From Macrostomum lignano (Eukaryota), in the NCBI GenBank assembly GCA_002269645.1, contig NIVC01001376.1:186001-250000 (forward strand): 64,000 nt of DNA, in the 5' to 3' direction. Positions 60,771 through 64,000 of this stretch are shown here, piece by piece. Numbering within the stretch: the first letter of the stretch is position 1; every line of letters begins with the position of its first letter. Made by a program: the position numbers and the translations under genes. The notes beneath the pieces were generated by a model. That model made no database searches, was not told the DNA's origin, and saw nothing but the letters and a program-made list of their open reading frames with translations.

Positions 60771-61000
60771 GACTAGCAATCTACGCCCCCCGTTGGGGAG
60801 CCAAAGAAATGCAATACACGTTTTTTTAATAAGCTACATGTATCCTTGAAATCTTAAAAAAATCTCCTGTCAAACCTTGTAAGCCTTGACATGTCAGTAA
60901 TTCCCCCCCCCCCCACAAGCTTTAACATATCAACTTCCCCCCTTGACATCTCAGCAATGCCCCAATAAGCCTTGGAAATCTAAAAATATCTGTCAACCTT

Positions 61001-61041
61001 CTAACCCTAACCCTTGCCCTAACCCTAACCCTAACCCTAAC
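61001..61041 (-). repeat. Short interstitial telomere-like (TTAGGG)n
   Basis: CTAACCCTAACCCTTGCCCTAACCCTAACCCTAACCCTAAC. Confidence 0.7.
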
Positions 61042-61844
61042 ATAACATTGAAATTTCAGTAATCCTCTCTAAGAGTAATTATAGCACTACTACAGCATTA
61101 TAGCGATTCCCTGCAAGCCTCGACATCGTAGGGATTCCCAAATGAATCTCTTAACTTCGACATGAAGCTTGTTTTATTTTTTACATTACGCTTTTTTTAT
61201 CAGCGATCCCTTCCCTGAGGAGGCATCAAATAATGTAATAAAAAGTTTTCAATAAACTACATGTAGCTTCTGACTTTAGCCTTGAAGTCTCATTTATACC
61301 CCCGTGAGCCTTGACATCTCAGCTATTCCCCCCCATAAACCTTGAAATCTAAAAAATCCCCTGTTATTCTGTTAACCTTGAAACCCGATAAAATATAACC
61401 CTCAACCCACACCTGACCTAAACCTAACTTTAACCCAACCTAAAGCCTTGAAATCTCAGCAATTCTTCTCCCCTAAGCCTTGAAATTTTAGTGATTCCTT
61501 CTTTAAGAATCACAGCACTATAACGATTTCCACCAAGCTTTGACATCGTAGCAATTCCCAAACGAGTCTTTTAACTTCGACATGTCTTTTATTTTATGTA
61601 TACATAGTGCTACTTTTATTTTTTACATGACTCTTCTATCAGCGCCCCCCGTGGCGAGCCAACAAAGAATGCAATAAAAAAATTGAGTAAAGTACATGAA
61701 CTTTGAAGTAGCTTCTGACTATTGCTTTGACATCTCAGAAACCCCCCTCGTAATCTTACGAGCGTAGTTATTCTCTGAGAGCCTTTACGTCTCAGTTTTT
61801 CTCCACAGCACAGCATTATAGCTGCATTTAATTTTTACATGACA

Positions 61845-63705
61845 CCCTTCATGTCTGACATGACGCTTCTTTTATTCTACCATGATGCTTCTTAATTTTT
61901 TAAATGAAACTTTCATTAGTTTTTAAATGAGGCTTCTATGACATTTTTCTTGACGCTTCTATGATTTTTATATGACGCTTCTATGATTTTTTACATGACG
62001 CTTCTCTAATTTTTTACATGACGCTTCTATGATTTTTTACATGACGCTTCTATGATTGTTTACATGACGCTTCTATGATTTTTTTTAAATGACGCTTCTA
62101 TGATTTTTAAATGACGCTTCTACGATTTTTTACGTGATGCTTCTCTGATTTTTTACATGACGCTTCTATGATTTTTTAAATGACGCTTCTATGATTGTTT
62201 ACATGACGCTTCTATGATTGTTTACATGACGCTGCTATGATTGTTTACATGACGCTTCTATGATTCTTTACATGACGCTTCTATGATTTTTATATGACGC
62301 TTCTACGATTTTTTACATGACGCTTCTATGATTGTTTACATGACGCTTCTATGATTTTTTAAATGACGCTTTTATGATTTTTATATGACGCTTCTACGAT
62401 TTTTTAAATGACGCTTCTATAATTGTTTACATGACGCTTCTTTGATTTTTTACATGGCGCTTCTATGATTGTTTACATGACGCTTCTATGATTTTTTACA
62501 TGGCGCTTCTATGATTGCTTACATGACGCTTCTATGATTGTTTACATGACGCTTCTATGATTTTTTACATGACACTTCTATGATTGTTTACATAACGCTT
62601 CTATATTTTTTTACATGACACTTCTATGATTGTTTACATGACGCTTCTATGATTGTTTACATGACGCTTCTATGATTTTTTTAAATGACGCTTCTATGAT
62701 TTTTAAATGACGCTTCTACAATTTTTACGTGACGCTTCTCTGATTTTTTACATGACGCTTCTATGATTTTTTAAATGACGCTTCTATGATTGTTTACATG
62801 ACGCTTCTATGATTGTTTACATGACGCTGCTATGATTGTTTACATGACGCTTCTATGATTCTTTACATGACGCTTCTATGATTTTTATATGACGCTTATA
62901 CGATTTTTTACATGACGCTTCTATGATTGTTTACATGACGCTTCTATGATTTTTTACATGACGCTTCTCTAATTTTTTACATGACGCTTCTATGATTTTT
63001 TACATGACGCTTCTATGATTGTTTACATGACGCTTCTATGATTTTTTTTAAATGACGCTTCTATGATTTTTAAATGACGCTTCTACGATTTTTTACGTGA
63101 TGCTTCTCTGATTGTTTACATGACGCTTCTATGATTTTTTACATGGCGCTTCTATGATTGCTTACATGACGCTTCTATGATTGTTTACATGACGCTTCTA
63201 TGATTTTTTACATGACACTTCTATGATTGTTTACATGACGCTTCTATGATTTTTAAATGACGCTTCTACAATTTTTACGTGACGCTTCTCTGATTTTTTG
63301 CATGACGCTTCTATGATTTTTTACATGACGCTTCTATAATTGTTTACATGACGCTTCTATGATTGTTTACATGACGCTGCTATGATTGTTTACATGACGC
63401 TTCTATGATTCTTTACATGACGCTTCTATGATTTTTATATGACGCTTCTACGATTTTTTTACATGACGCTTTTATGATTGTTTACATGACGCTTCTATGA
63501 TTTTTTAAATGACGCTTCTATGATTGTTTACATGGCGCTTCTATGATTTTCATATGACGCTTCTACGATTTTTTACATGACGCTTTTATAATTGTTTACA
63601 TGACGCTTGTATGATTTTTTACATGGCGCTTCTATGATTGTTTACATGACGCTTCTATGATTTTTTACATGACGCATCTATGATTTTTGCATGACGCTTC
63701 TTTTT
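61845..63705. repeat. 21-24-bp satellite (ACATGACGCTTCTATGATT[G/T]TTT) with variable T-run and higher-order duplications
   Basis: Read directly; a diagnostic variant block recurs near 62085, 62680 and 63045. Confidence 0.96.
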
Positions 63706-64000
63706 AAAAAGTCTTTTAGTTTTCCTGACGTTGAAAAGCTTTAATAAAAAAAATTATACTCTATGAAAATTCGAACCATCGTCGCTGCATTTAGCAGTTG
63801 AGTTTGTTCACCTCTAGGCTAGCTCTCATCGTTTTGATAGCATCAAATTTTGCACTTATATATATAATTCAACAGTTTAAAATCCAAACATAGAGTAAAT
63901 CACACGAAGCAGTTATGACATAATCAATTTCTTAGTCAGTCAGTATCAGTTAACAATATGGTTACGCAATTTAAATCAAGTCTGGTGCTACGCTTCCACA

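Overview
Eukaryotic animal DNA, very rich in repeats: GT-AG introns, standard code, (GACA)n and (GA)n microsatellites, many 12-54 bp tandem arrays and a few TTAGGG units. The repeat make-up resembles the flatworm Macrostomum, but that is inference only. One host gene is recognisable: a 5-exon SPIDR-like gene on the minus strand (2439-8256), with about 31 K-L-H-Q-D-P-N heptads in exon 1 and three of its four introns filled by tandem arrays. The rest is mostly mobile DNA. (1) A decayed piggyBac-like transposase at 11.9-13.4 kb. (2) Two adjacent Penelope-like retroelements at 14.6-19.0 kb; one carries an SGNH/GDSL-like ORF1 with a candidate -1 frameshift signal, the other a Neptune-type RT-GIY-YIG. 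(3) A ~9.85 kb animal EnSpm/CACTA-like element (26197-36049) with a transposase and a divergent 6-exon accessory gene. (4) A PLE 3' fragment with a hammerhead-like motif at 36.5-36.9 kb. (5) hAT MITEs, a mariner fragment and an RTE-like fragment. (6) Two copies of a dispersed element with a three-way A-B-B'-C-C'-A' fold-back core, at 39.9 and 59.0 kb. (7) A 45-57 kb cluster of decayed, unassigned small genes: two paralogues, two divergent C2H2 zinc-finger genes and a PPPPPPY ORF. All family calls come from motif recognition by eye; no database searches were run.
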